A DNA stretch of 64,000 bases from Octopus sinensis (lineage: Eukaryota), in the NCBI RefSeq assembly GCF_006345805.1, contig NC_043003.1:26288001-26352000 (forward strand). Direction: 5' to 3'. Shown one piece after another: positions 11,839-24,756 of this stretch (within the stretch, counting starts at the first letter, position 1; the number at the start of each line of letters is the position of its first letter). Position numbers and translations under genes: made by a program. The notes under the pieces were generated by a model. That model worked only from the letters and a program-made list of their open reading frames with translations. It was not told the DNA's origin and made no database searches.

Positions 11839-12589
11839 CAGCAATTGAATTATGCAATTTTGATATCATTGGCCAGTTGAGACAATTGATACCTCTCACT
11901 TGCAATATCTTCATATTACAGATTTGAAGCAAAAATTTAAAAACGAACAACAAAACTACGTTTACTATATGTGGCATCCCAGCAGTTAGTGAGGAGGAAG
12001 CAGAGGGGGAAGAAGAGGAGTAGCAGATGTTACTGTCAGTTATAGGAATTACTTGCCATTCATTGTTTAATACAAATGCTTGTCTTTGTGGTGGTCTATG
12101 AATAGACTGACAAACTAAATAAAGGTATCACAACAACAACAACAATCAAGTGTCGAGAATCTCCAAGCTCTGTCCCAATCTAGAAGAGCTCTAGCTCAAA
12201 ACATCCATCCCTTTTTGTCTTTTGGTTTCAAGTATAGAACTACCTTATCCAATGTGTAAGAAAGAGATAAAGTGGGTGTGATGAGAGCAAGAGAGAGATA
12301 GAGAGAGAGATTTGACTGATATTTCTAGCAGAGTGAAAAACCACATTAGTAGCTCTCTCATTGACTTATGTTCTTGTCTGATTGATGTTGCTTAAGCTCA
12401 AATCAGACCTGATCAAGAAGATCTATGTATGATCAGACAATCCATCTTTGACCATCCCGTCTGTTTCCTAAGTGCTGAGTCTTCAAGAGACCTCATTATT
12501 CAATATGTCCTTTTCTAAAATGCTGGGATGTGATTTGAAAGAGACTTAGCTGCTACTTTTAGCAGGTTGAGTGATCAGTGAGAGGCACC

Positions 12590-12800
12590 CTTGAAGGCGA
12601 CAGCATCAGATCCTCCTCTGGGTTGGTGTAAGCAGAGAGGTGGTCAGCTGAAAACATGGCCATGACAGTCAAAGAAGATATGGAGCTTATTCCTGGCCCT
12701 TGAGTCTTTGGCATTTGTCACTGGAACCAGGAATGGCTTCAACCATGATGTGGTGAACTCAATAGGAGCCAGCTTCACCCCTCCCACATGAATATCATTA
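12590..12800 (+). mobile_element. degenerate RTE-clade LINE 3' end
   Basis: Plus-strand pieces PLGWCKQRGGQLKTW / TVKEDMELIPGP*VFGICHWNQEW / DVVNSIGAS match the RTE ORF terminus as recalled (GGQxKTWxxTxKxDLExxSGPRVFGxxRWxxDW...DVVNSI). Confidence 0.7.
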
Positions 12801-12969
12801 CAAGAGGAGACCCTTGACTTGTTCACTTCAGGCTATAAAAGCAGATGGAAGAAAGAGCCTAAAAGAAAATAACATAAAACCTCACTAAACTACAGAAAAA
12901 GCCTCTATGTGGTCACTTGAATTTGTTAGAAATACCAGCCCAATCTCCCACAATCACATCCAGTCATCT

Positions 12970-13350
12970 TTGAGAGAGAGGGTGGGGGAGAAAGAGAAGA
13001 GTGAGAGAGAGAGAGAAAGAGAGAGAAAGAGAGAGGGAGGAGAGAAAGACAGAAAGAGGAAAGAGAGAGAGGGGAAAGAGGGAAGAGAGACAGAGGAAAG
13101 AGAGAGAGGAAAGAGAGAGAGAGAAAGAGGAGAGAGAAAGAGGAGAGAGAGACAGAGGAGAGAAAGAGAAGAGAAAGAGGAGAGCAAGAGAGAGAGAGGA
13201 GAGAGAGAAAGAGGAGAGAGAGGAAAGAGAGAGAGAAGAGGAGAGAGAGAAGAGGAGAGAGAGACAGAGGAGAGAAAGAGAAGAGAAAGAGGAGAGCAAG
13301 AGAGAGAGAGGAGAGAGAGAAAGAGGAGAGAGAGGAAAGAGAGAAATGAG
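12970..13350. repeat. GA-rich polypurine compound repeat
   Basis: Almost pure A/G, with an internal higher-order duplication of about 110 bp near 13140-13345. Confidence 0.95.
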
Positions 13351-13704
13351 AAACTGAGCAATGTAGCTTAAAGATAAAATATGATGGTATGGTTTGATCA
13401 TAGCTGGAATACTGCTGCTTATCATAAGATCTGTTAATCTGTTAACCAGGGGCTAAACCACAACAAACAAACACCTACATGCCTATCAGGAAAAGAAAAA
13501 GCAGAACAGCTCTAATACAAACATTAAAAATGCCTTAGTTAAAAGTCATCAACACTACATTAGTATATCAAGGAAAATTAATTAACTGCAGTCTAAATCT
13601 TTCTTTACAAAAAAAAAAAGGTAGCTTCACAGAATTTTCATTGAAAACACAGAAATTACACCAAAGAAAGGTGTGAGAATTCAAATTTGGAATATTAAAT
13701 GTGC

Positions 13705-14610
13705 ACACATACAGAGGTATATAAACATACGTGTATATCTACACATACACAGAGGTATATAAACATACGTGTATACCTACACATACACACAGGTATATAA
13801 ACATACATGTATACCTACACATACACACAGGTATATCAACATACAGGTATATCTACACAAACACACAGGTATATAAATATACATGTATATCTACACATAC
13901 ACACAGGTATATAAACATACACGTACATCTACACATACACAGAGGTATATAAACATACATGTACATCTACACATACACAGGTATATAAATATACATGTAT
14001 ATCTACACATACACACAGGTACATAAATATACATGTATATCTACACACACAGGTATATAAACATACGTGTATATCTACACATACACACAGGTATATAAAC
14101 ATACGTGTATATCTACACATACACACAGGTATATAAACATACATGTACATCTACACATACACACAGGTATATAAACATACATGTACATCTACACATACAC
14201 ACAGGTATATAAACATACATGTATATCTACACATACACAGGTATATAAATATACATGTATATCTACACATACACACAGGTACATAAATATACATGTATAT
14301 CTACACACACACACACAGGTATATAAACATATATCTATCTCCACATACACACAGGTATATAAACATACATGTATATCTACACATACACACAGGTATATAA
14401 ATATACATGTATATCTACACATACACACAGGTATATAAACAGACATGTGTATCTACACATACACACAGGTATATAAACATACATGTATATCTACACATAC
14501 ACACAGGTATATAAACATATGTGTATATCTACACATACACACAGGTATATAAACATACAGGTATATCTACACATACACACAGGTATATAATCATACATGT
14601 ATATCTACAC
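13705..14610. repeat. 38-bp minisatellite (ACACATACACACAGGTATATAAACATACATGTATATCT), roughly 24 copies
   Basis: Period 38 (ctacacat at 14113 and 14151), with occasional 2-4 bp length variants. Confidence 0.95.
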
Positions 14611-14696
14611 ACACACACACAAACACACACACAAATGGAAAAATAAATCCTTTTACAGTGTGAATGATGAAATTACTTTTGAATGATTTGCTTTGC

Positions 14697-14733
<37 letters not shown>

Positions 14734-15773
14734 CAGAGAAAGAGAGAGAGAGGAACAGAGAAAGAGAGAGAGGTGGAACAGAGACAGAGAGAGAGGTGGA
14801 ACAGAGAAAGAGAGAGAGGGGGAACAGAGAAAGAGAGAAAAAAGTAAGAATTTCTTCTTTAGTCTTTAATTTATTTCTTAAGAGAATTAACATCCAATTG
14901 TTCTCGTTAGCGTGTCAAAATAATTACATTTTTAATGACATTACAGAATTATTCTTCTTTCCTGCCATCACAGTGCTCTTGTAGTGGTGGTGGTGGTTGT
15001 CGCTGCTGTTTTAGCCTCTGTTCAGTTCTTATTGAAGAGCAGACTTGATCAAAAGTGTTCCAGCCATGATTATCCAGCTTTTGTTTATTTATCTTTGCAT
15101 GACATTATCTAAGATACCCTTAATTTTTGAAGACAAGGTGTTACTTAATTGAAACCAAGCTGCTGTTTCTAGTAAGTTGATGGCTCACGAATGGCTCAGT
15201 CATGCCCTTACAAGATATATTTTATCTTTTATCTATAACTTGTTTCAGTCATTGGATTGTGGCCATGCTGGGGTACTGCCTTGAAGAGTTTTAAACGGAC
15301 GAATTGACCCCAGTCCTTATGTTTTTTTTTTTTTTTGTTTCCTTAAGCCTGGTACTTTTCCTGTTGGTCTCTTTTGCCAAACCACTAAGTTAAGGGGATG
15401 TTGACACACTGGTTGTTAAGCAGTGGTGGGAAACAAATACGGACGCAAAGACACACAGATTATATATATCAAAAACCTTTGATTGAAGGTGTACTTGGTC
15501 AATGATGATCGAAGCCTAAATATCATCAACAACATTGCCATCATCATCATCAATGACCTCGTCACCACTACCACTGACATTATCACTAATATCAGTTTAA
15601 TTGTAACAACCATCAATGTTATCACAAAACTGTATACTACCTCTACCACCACTACCATCATCAGCATCACTTAATCTTATTGTTATCTCATAACCATCAC
15701 CAGTGAACTTGGCAGACAGAAACTGAAAGAAGTCCATTGTGTGTGCAATTATTTATGTGTGTGTGTATACACA

Positions 15774-16130
15774 CACAGGGGTTGGACAAAATAATGGAAA
15801 CACCCAACATCATAATTTTGAAATATCTATAAAACCATCAAAAGCTTGATTATTTTTGCTTTTGTTTTTATTTATTATTAGTGTTGATTAATTTGTTTTG
15901 CTAAAATTGCTGTTTCTTTTCAGATATCATCAGAAAAAGGTAATTAAAAGTCATCAAAATGACAGATCTATCAGACTTTCAAAAAGATCAAATTGTTGGT
16001 GCTTGTATGGCAGGCACCATTGTAATGAAAGCAGCCGAAATGTTTCGTGTATCAAGAAGCATCTCTCGAAAGTAATGACAGCCTTTGAGAAAGAGGGAAA
16101 AGCCTCCTCGTCGAAACAAAACACACAATT
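15774..16130 (+). pseudogene. Tc1-like transposon 5' relic with frameshifted transposase N-terminus
   Basis: TIR-like caggggttggacaaaataatggaaacacc at about 15776. ATG at 15959 gives MTDLSDFQKDQIVGACMAGTIVMKAAEMFRVSRS, then a frameshift into KVMTAFEKEGKASSSKQN, typical of a Tc1 paired-like HTH N-terminus. Truncated. Confidence 0.8.
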
Positions 16131-16593
16131 CAATATGCCATGCTTTTTAGAATAGTAGGGTCTTATTTGAGGAAGATTAAGTTGCTATTTCTTGTAGGGA
16201 GAGCAACCACATAAAAGCTCACTCTCTCCCTCTCTATTTGCTCTTCATGTTATTCATTACAGGAGTTTACATTACAATAACACTAACAGTAACAAATACA
16301 CAATGGTTTACAGTGACACGATTTGCCTTCAGCATGCTAAAGGTTACATTAGGTTGATGATGATGCATATATTTGTATGTGTGATGTGTGTGTCTGTGTG
16401 AAGAAACAATGTAAAGAAGCCGCAGCCTCAAGGATACCTTCTTAGGGAAGCTTGCTCTAACTGGTTTCATCAGTTATGTTATCAGTAACAATTCCACTGC
16501 AAGAGCCTGTGTACTTTTAACCTAGAACTTTCACTAGATATCTCCAAAAATTCAGACAGGAAAACGAGCAATTTCTATTTATTATTCATAGAG

Positions 16594-16765
16594 CACTTGT
16601 CCTCAACCTTTTTAATATCCAGCCCAGATCCCAAACAGTGATTTTTGCATTTTAGGGGCCACATGAAAGTAAAAGGAAAATCAAAGAAAAAATTATTGTT
16701 GAGGGCCACCAAAAGGATGCTTGAGGGCTGCATGGGACCCTGTGAGCAGTGGTTAAGAAGCACTG
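16594..16765. mobile_element. hAT-like MITE
   Basis: Ends cacttgtcctcaacc and ggttaagaagcactg. 8-bp TSD tcatagag/tcacagag (7 of 8 match). Confidence 0.65.
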
Positions 16766-17959
16766 TCACAGAGGCTTCTTCATTCATTTAGAGTGGAGTG
16801 GTGATATGGAAAATTAATCTTAACTTAGTAATTAACAAACAAAACAGCTCCTGTTTATAAAATAATTTTAATCTGCCAGAGTAATTAATACTAACCATTA
16901 GAATGGTCATAACATAATACAGTGACCAAAATAATCCTCACCAATGACAACTGACATTATATACTTTATCCTCTCACTCCACTCCTCCCATCTGATTAGT
17001 CAATGAGGGAACCTCTGCATGGTTATTCAACTTGCTAGAAATAAGACCTATATCAGTCTTGAACCATACCCAGCTATCTTAAAAAAGGGAAGGAGACATA
17101 TTGAATTCAAACTAGTGTTGTCCTGGATATATTATTCCTTAAAGTTAGGATGATCACAGCCTGAACATCCTTCATCAAAGACAAAGCTCAATCAGAGCTG
17201 ACCTGGGTCTAAAACAAAACTCATGTCTGGTGAGATACTTATTTGAAAGAAAAAAACTGATGTTTGAGAGAGAGAGAGAGATTTGGCTGCTATTTCTGGC
17301 AGGTTGAGCAATCAGATACAGACTTGTTCACTGGTTCTAAATGTTCTTGTCTAGGGTTCTTACCAGGCTCCCTTAAGTGAAGGACTCTTCCCAACCAGTG
17401 CTGGGAAAAAGCTATGCATCCCTTCATGGTTTTTCACTTCTCCTTAGTTATTGTCTATTATCAGTAAAACACTAATAAGATGCTCATGTGTAGATATATA
17501 ATTATCTATCTGCATTATCATTAAAAATATATTTTCTAAATTTTTATTCATGCTAATTGCTATATTGAGATTTTACATCATTCCTAACGAGAAAGATTCT
17601 GTGTTAGAAATAGCAGCCAAATCTCCCTAAAATTACATCCCATTGCCTTCAAAACAAAGGGACATTTAGATGATATCTTACATACTTACTAAAGGTGGTA
17701 GGTTCATCAGTTGCCCAGTTCAACACCACCACCTTGCCTCAAGTGCCTTTAGCAGAGTCCACTGTTATATTGCTGGTGTGAATCCCAGCAGCATTTAAGG
17801 ATCTAGAGGTTATTGATACTCCTTTGTATAGCGTTTGTGTAGGTACAGCTTGGCTAAATGGTTAAGATGTTAGTTTTGCAACCATGAGGTTCCAGGTTTG
17901 ATCTCACTGCATGGCTTCTTGAGCAAATATTTTCTATTGCCTCGGCTCAACCCACACCT

Positions 17960-19790
17960 TGTGAAACTGGATCAGGTCTCAAGGTTGCAAATACTTTCCT
18001 TCCTCCATTCCTCCTGCCACTCTTGGAGGCCTTGTAAAGAGCCATGAGTACTGTACTTTTCTGTTGACAAAAGGATAACAAAACATGGTGAATCAGAGGA
18101 GTTATTACAGTGTCCAACAGAATGGCGGTAATATTTATTCTGGCTGCCTGCACTAAGTTCAATTCCAACTGAGATCATTCTCAGTGATGAGGCCTAATAT
18201 CTGTAGTAATATACTTCTAGTTGCAAGTTCTTTATGTTTGGGGAAGAAGGGACTGTGATTGGGTCTTGGTGTTGTTCAAGGAAACAAAATTAGTATGACT
18301 CAATCAAAAGAGGTTTTCAAGGTTTCTGTATGTAAAGTCAGTGCAGGTTTGATGTGAAATGTCTTGGCTGCATAGAGATGATGCTTGGATGCCGAAAAAA
18401 TTAGGGAGGAATGAAGGATGGCTGTCATCTATGCATGAGTGAATGTTGTTGAAGGTGATGGCAAATAAGTCATTGATGCATGACGTAAAGTTATGGGATA
18501 AAATCAAAGCCTGGTACTTGGGAGTTGACAGAGAATGTGGAGGAAGCATTGATATAAAATATTAGGAAGGAATAAAGGATGGTATCAGCTGTGTAAGAGT
18601 GAGCATTGTTGGTGAAGCAAAGTCAGACAATAAGCGGAAGTGTGTGGAGAATGAAAACAAACTCTGAAGTAACCAAAGTTGATTGAATGTGAATCAAAAA
18701 GAGAGTGACACCACTACATTGCATGATCTGAGAGGAAAGTACCAATTCAAATAACAAGAGATATACAGAGCCCACAGGTAGGTAGTTTGCCAGATTTGCA
18801 TGCCAAGCAAATGTTTGGCTGATGTTGAGTGCAACAATATGATTGGCACAAAAGTTCTTGAAGATGAGGGTGCACAAGTGAGTGATATGAGAGGGTAAGA
18901 CCCCAGTACATATGGTTTTATAAAAACCAAACTGATGTTCACTATTAAGAAAAACAGATTCAAAGAAATATGTTAATAGCTGTCTTTACTGTTAAGATGT
19001 AGGAAGTAACTGTAATAGCATGATAGTTGGCAGGGTCCAAGGGGCTGTCCTTCTTGAGAATGGGACATACTGTAGTATGCCTTCAAAATTCAGGATTTGT
19101 CCATATTACAGAAGAATTGAAAAGCTTAGTGAGAACAGGGACTAGATCTGAGGCAAATAATTTGTTGAAGACAGAAGAAATGAAAAGGAAATTGTAGATT
19201 GTTATCCTTGTTTAATCCTTTAGCATTTAAACCAGCTATATCCAGATAAAATATTCCAATTTTATGTTAAAACTGGCCAGACTTGGTCTTTCACACCTAC
19301 CCAACATTATCATTTCAAGAATAAAAAATTGCATCATCAAAAACTTGAAGCTAATATATAATGGAGGATTAATTCAAAACAATATGGATAAATAAGCATT
19401 ACATTCGACAGAATAATCTGAATGCGAAAGGGTTAAGGTGACTGAAAGGGATTTCACACTTGACATGTATGTGTACCTTATACCGTTTTTGGGTGGAGTG
19501 AAAACAGATGGTATCAGAGATTTATTTAATGTATACAGCGTGAAGCTGGATGCAAAAAGGCAGCAAATGCATAGACTTTCTCTGTGAAAATACTGCTTAC
19601 AGAACCATAAAGACACGACAAAGGGAAAAGGAAGATCCTACAAAGTTGGTTGAGATCCTTTCTGGCAAGGAACCAAAATGAACTGGCAGCAGTTTGGGAG
19701 GGTAAAGAACTTGCAATGCACAGAGATCATTTTGGACAATGGTGTCACACAAGTTATGGAACAAGTTATTTACTCCTAGCAGAATAGCTT
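17960..19790 (-). pseudogene. degenerate CR1/Jockey-type LINE (linker plus reverse transcriptase), interrupted by a MITE
   Basis: Minus-strand motif remnants across frameshifts: FWFLARKISTNFVGSSF...EKVYAFAA...FASSFTL (linker), VCPILKKDSPLDPANYHAI, QFGFYKTICTG, ALNISQTFAWHANL, QALILSHNFTSCINDL and IHSCIDDS (YADD-equivalent). Many stops. Confidence 0.85.
19216..19432. mobile_element. piggyBac-derived MITE
   Basis: TTAA at 19212-19215 and 19433-19436, ends (t)cctttagcattt...aatgcgaaaggg. Same family as 29050-29255, 31910-32117 and 37490-37699. Confidence 0.8.
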
Positions 19791-20879
19791 ATGTTCTTTG
19801 CCTGAACAGTTGGTATGTAGCTATTAGTAATCCACTTGAGACTTGGAGCTATGAATTTTGGTTGTGTATGGTATGTGGAGGGAAATGCTTAAAATGATGA
19901 TTTTAGTCACCTGCCAAGCTGATATTTTTTTTTACCTTCTCGGGTCATGCTGACTCATAAGGCCCAGTTTCCCAGTTTCATGGTGTATAAATTCCCCACC
20001 TGGATGGGTTGCTGATCTGATGCAGTAGTAATCACTTTTGTCAGCTGAGTGGACTGGAGCAACATGAAATGAAGTGTTTTGCTCAAGAACACAATGCGTT
20101 GCCCTGTCCAGGAACAAAAAGCATAAGGGCAGAATTAGTTAGCTTGTAGTATTTTAAAAGGTGACACTGCTCCACATTGAATTCATCACAGCATGTTACT
20201 GCCTGATATGGTCAATGGATAGATAGGAGCGTGGTGTAACTAAGCCAAGAGACCTGTGGGTCAAACATAGGTATTCGGCTGTGCATGCCATATGTTAGCT
20301 CAATCACAAATTAACTGTAGCTACATAACAATGAAAATAGGCTCTGCCAACAAGATTCCTCAGCATTCACAACAGCAGTAATAATCACGGAGAAGAAGCA
20401 GGAAGATTAACGAGCAATAAACTGATAATTAATAATGAACTAATTAAACACGAACAGAAAAAACATTAGTTGAGGTGAAGATAATATATGTAATAATGAA
20501 AACAACAGGTTTGTGCAGGCACGTGTGTGTATGTAAGCATGTGTGAGTAACTACTGCAAGTTGGTGCCTGTAATTTCTCAGTAGAATCAAACAACTTAAT
20601 TAGTGATTTCCCAGTCCAACAAGAAATAAATTAAACAATTACTTAGATCTCTACTATGCAGAAGTAATGGTAGTAGTCAGTAAATCTAATTCATAACAAA
20701 CTCATTCATGTTGTGATAAATTAACTTATTTTCTAATCTGTGTCCAAAAACTCTTCAGAAACAACATTGATTTTTTCAGAACTTTTGGTTCAAATACCTT
20801 TCTGCATTACTAATTTTTCTGAGCCAGAAGTGGTCACATCTAGACTAAACACATTAAATTTACTTAAATAAATAAATGG

Positions 20880-21270
20880 GGCAGGCCTGGCTGAGTGGTA
20901 AGAAACCTGCTTCTCAACCACATGGTTCTGGGTTCAGTCCCACTGCATGGCACCCAATGTAAGTGTCTTTGGCCTCAGGCTGACCAAAGCTTTGTGAGTG
21001 GATTTGGTAGATGGAAACTGAAAGAAGTCCACCATATATATATAATTTGTGTGTTTTTATGTCTGTGCCCCCCCCCATCACTTGACAACTGATGCTATGA
21101 TGCTAGTATGCTTACATCTCCATAACTTAGCAGTTCAGCAAAAGAGACTGGTAGAATAAGTACTAGGCTTACAAAGAAGTCCTGGAGTATATTTGCTTTG
21201 ACTAAAAACTCTTATAAGGCAGTGCTCCAGCATGGCTGTAATCAAAATGACTGAAACAGGTAAAAGAATA
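20880..21270 (+). mobile_element. SINE family A, near full length
   Basis: tggctgagtggtaag...ggttcagtccc head, central microsatellite, and 3' part ending gactgaaacaggtaaaagaat. Confidence 0.85.
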
Positions 21271-21286
21271 GATAAATGTACCTGTA

Positions 21287-21389
21287 CAGTTGGAATTGAA
21301 CTTAGTGCAGGCAGCCAGAATAAATATTACCGCCATTCTGTTGGACACTGTAATAACTCCTCTGATTCACCATGTTTTGTTATCCTTTT
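21287..21389 (-). repeat. exact 103-bp inverted copy of 18069-18171
   Basis: Base-by-base reverse-complement identity over 103 nt. Confidence 0.95.
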
Positions 21390-22519
21390 ATAATGTACTG
21401 TGCAAGGTACTAGTTGGTGCAAAGTATCAGAAAACTAGTCTAGTGCCCATGTGAATCAGCTCATAAATTGGTGTGGATAATAAGAGGTTCTGGACCATCA
21501 GTGTAACAGAAAGATAGTACTGTATATTTATACTTTCTATCATATTGTTATTGTTTAGCCTCAGACCAGACCTGATTCAGCATACCTATAATAATCAAAG
21601 GTGTTCCTTATGTGGCCATTAATTCACAGAGTACATTATTCACTGGGTCTCCAGCCAATTTGTGCTAGTATGCTAAGTGGATGTAAAATGACAATGATAA
21701 TGGCATATGTTCTTTTATAAGGTTAAGGGACTGTGATTTGAGGGAGATTTGCTTCTTATTTCTAGTAGATCAAGAGATCTCATAGAGGCTCCTCCATTAC
21801 CTTGTTTTTTCATTTTGTTTTATTCAGCACAAAAATCTATACCCTAGATACATAGAAAATTATATATACATTAAATATACATACATACGTACATACACAC
21901 ACACACACACACATACATATCTTCCTCACATGCAACTGAAGTAATATTGAATTAAAATAGTTATCTATGTATCATAATGTACATACATCTCTGAAACGCA
22001 AATTTACTGTGGTATTTGTCTGTACATCTCTATGTAGATGCTGTTTTAAAAACATTATGTCCATAAGAGGTGTTATCTCCAGAAATACTGCAGTAAATTT
22101 GCCTTTCAACCATGTATTTACAATGAACACGATGCATAGATGACTCTCTCTCTCTCTCTCTCTCTCTATTATATTAATTGCAGTCAAGAAGTGTGCTTGA
22201 AAACATGAAACATAAAAGGGATGAGCTCAGTAGAAAGTTCTACATTTCTCTCCCATACCTTATGCAGTTATATGAAGGCCATCAAACCTCAAACAGACTA
22301 GAATGCAGAATCCAATCCATGCTCTAGTAATAACATGAAAAACATAATTGATATATTAAGCTTTATATAACGCACACATGCTTCAGTAAAACGCCCAGTA
22401 ATATTACATAAGGCAACTTAGCCAGATGTCATAATACAGTCAATTCATCTCCTCAGCATTCACAGGGAAAAATATGTGCAAGCGCATGTTGCTCAAATGC
22501 AAACAAAACTCTAAATACA

Positions 22520-22735
22520 GGTTTCAAATTTTGGGCACAAGGCCAGCAATTTCGGTGAGGGGTTAAGTTGATTAAACCAACCCCATTGATCAACTGGTAG
22601 TTATTTTATCGACCCTGAAAGGGGTGAAAGGCAAAGTCAGCTCAGTGGAATTTGAACTTGCAACATAAAATTGGATCAAATGCCACTGAGCATTTTGTCA
22701 GGTATGCTAACGATTCTGCTGGCTCACCATCTCAA
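22520..22735 (-). mobile_element. SINE family B
   Basis: ttcaaattttgggcacaaggcc...gctaacgattctgctggctcacc. Confidence 0.8.
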
Positions 22736-23659
22736 ACAAAGCTATAAATATTAGCTCATAATACATACTGAGTAAAACACACCCCTTAAATGGAAAAAAA
22801 TCTAGATCCACCGTTTTCTATTTGAGGTAAATTTAGCCAACATATGAGCTAATATTTACACCTTCACTAGAACTTGAGCAGCTCTTTTTAATAGATATTT
22901 TTAATTTTCAAAGCTTCAAATGAACCAAAACAAATTTTATACACACACACACACTCACATATATAAACACACACACACACACTTACAGCTTCCCAACCAT
23001 GTGGTTTTGATTTCAGCCTGAGTAAATCTGGTGGACAAAAATTGAAAGAACAGTATGCAAGATGGTATTATTGTTTCTCCTGTCAAAAATATCATGCAGG
23101 CATTTAGTGCCTTCAAAGTCATGTAGAATAAGTGATCCTTTAAGATTGATCAAGGGAAGTACCAGTCTGTAAAACAATGCCTCAAATTACATTAACCCAT
23201 GCATGAAAGGAAAAACAAACAAAAGGAAAAAAATGAATGAAGTATGTATGTATGTATAAAACATGTTGAAATATTTGAATCCTCTCACTATGATTCCAAC
23301 AGTAGGAAGTAAAAAAGAGCAGGCTTGAAAGTGTTACTGCCAGATAATCCCAAGAGCCAGTCTTCAGTGATGCATTAGTGCTAAGAATAATGAATGGAAC
23401 TATTGTAACCATCCAAAGATGTGCTGTAACCACCCAAAACATTGAGTTTTGCTCACCCATAACTAATCATAAAATAACGAGGTAATCCAACCTCTATACA
23501 ACTGTCTGATCTGCTAGACATGGCAGCCAAATTTTCTGAAATGAAACCTTACTGCCTCAAAAAAAGAAAAGAAAAAAGGGCCACATTGGGATTGAATGTA
23601 CATGGCTGAAATATCTGAGTTCCATCAACAATCACTACAATACAAATATATACGTGCAT

Positions 23660-23699
<40 letters not shown>

Positions 23700-24270
23700 G
23701 TGTGAATATCTCATAGCATGTGAGTGGAGGGGGGTATCACCAGCAAAACACCGATGGAATAAGGACCAAAATAAAAAAAAAAACCCAAATATGGTTGGTT
23801 TCTTCAACTAAAACTCTCCAAGGCGGTGTCCCATAAGTGAAAACAAGAGATAAAAGATTATATAAATATATGTGCGCGTGTGTGTGTGCATGTGTATGCA
23901 TGTGTGTGTTAAGTGGAGAAGCAGTGAGGAGTGTACATGCTGTAAATAATAAGCTTAAAGCTTATAATTATTTACAGAATATGTGTGTGCAAGAGAGAGA
24001 GAGAGAGAGAAAGAGAGAGAAGGCATAATCTAAATTATCGGATTTCATAAATTACAGTTTGTGTGCGAATATCTGCATGTGTAAGTGCATGCATATGCAT
24101 ACATGCATGCATGCACATATGGATATATGGAAGCAATACGAAAGTAATCATATGCAGTGACACTCAAAGTTGACAAAATAGCCTATCAAATATGGAAAGA
24201 CAACAGAATATCGCCAGTAATTCTAATTAAGCAGTAGGAGTAGCAACAGCAGCAGTCTATATGTGGTTAC

Positions 24271-24446
24271 CATGGTGACTGGTAACAACAATTGATTGAT
24301 CTCTAAATACAAAATATTAAGACTAGCATTGATTTCCTCATCCCACTCCTCCACATAACGTAACTGATCATTACTCGTTACAGTGGGTAGAGTTCTTTCT
24401 ACGTAATACGATTGTTGCATCAGACTGCGTGCTGTCAGAAGCCCAG
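24271..24446 (-). other. candidate exon (176 nt, phase 1 to 0)
   Basis: Acceptor ttcattcaatacaAG and donor ATG|GTAACC. Open frame GLLTARSLMQQSYYVERTLPTVTSNDQLRYVEEWDEEINASLNILYLEINQLLLPVTM, CpG-rich. No homology recognised, and a plus-strand acceptor reading is also possible. Confidence 0.3.
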
Positions 24447-24756
24447 CTTGTATTGAATGAATGAATACATGCCTGCAGACTGGTACAAGCCACATAAGGG
24501 ACCTTGACAATGCTTGATCGACCCTGTTAGAAACAGCAGCTTCAAATCTCCTTCAAATTTTCACCCTACCGCGTCTTTAAAAAGGAAGGAAAACACTGGA
24601 TAATATATAGTCCTCGATACACTATGATTAAATAAATAGGTGGACAGGTCTCAGCTGAAATAAGGCTTTGGAAAGGTCACGAATGGAAGGAGGCTTATGT
24701 AAAGTTAAACGACAACAATAAATAAATGAGTTGAAATGTGTTGAGCAGACAACTTA

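Noticed and set aside
12644-12826. Minus-strand exon-like ORF PEVNKSRVSS...FFDCHGHVFS*
   Set aside because: It is the antisense of a plus-strand RTE LINE 3' end (GGQLKTW...DVVNSI).
12907-13425. E/R-rich and L/S-rich ORFs
   Set aside because: Translations of the GA polypurine repeat.
13705-14610. Regularly spaced repeats (possible CRISPR array)
   Set aside because: Contiguous tandem units without unique spacers, eukaryotic context and no cas genes. The same applies to 3880-5258.
20880-20960. tRNA-like A/B box segments in SINE heads
   Set aside because: They continue into SINE bodies and lack a complete cloverleaf, so they are not tRNA genes.
20358-22466. Shared 14-mer cctcagcattcaca at about 20358 and 22451
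   Set aside because: Several exact 14-mer pairs are expected by chance in 64 kb.
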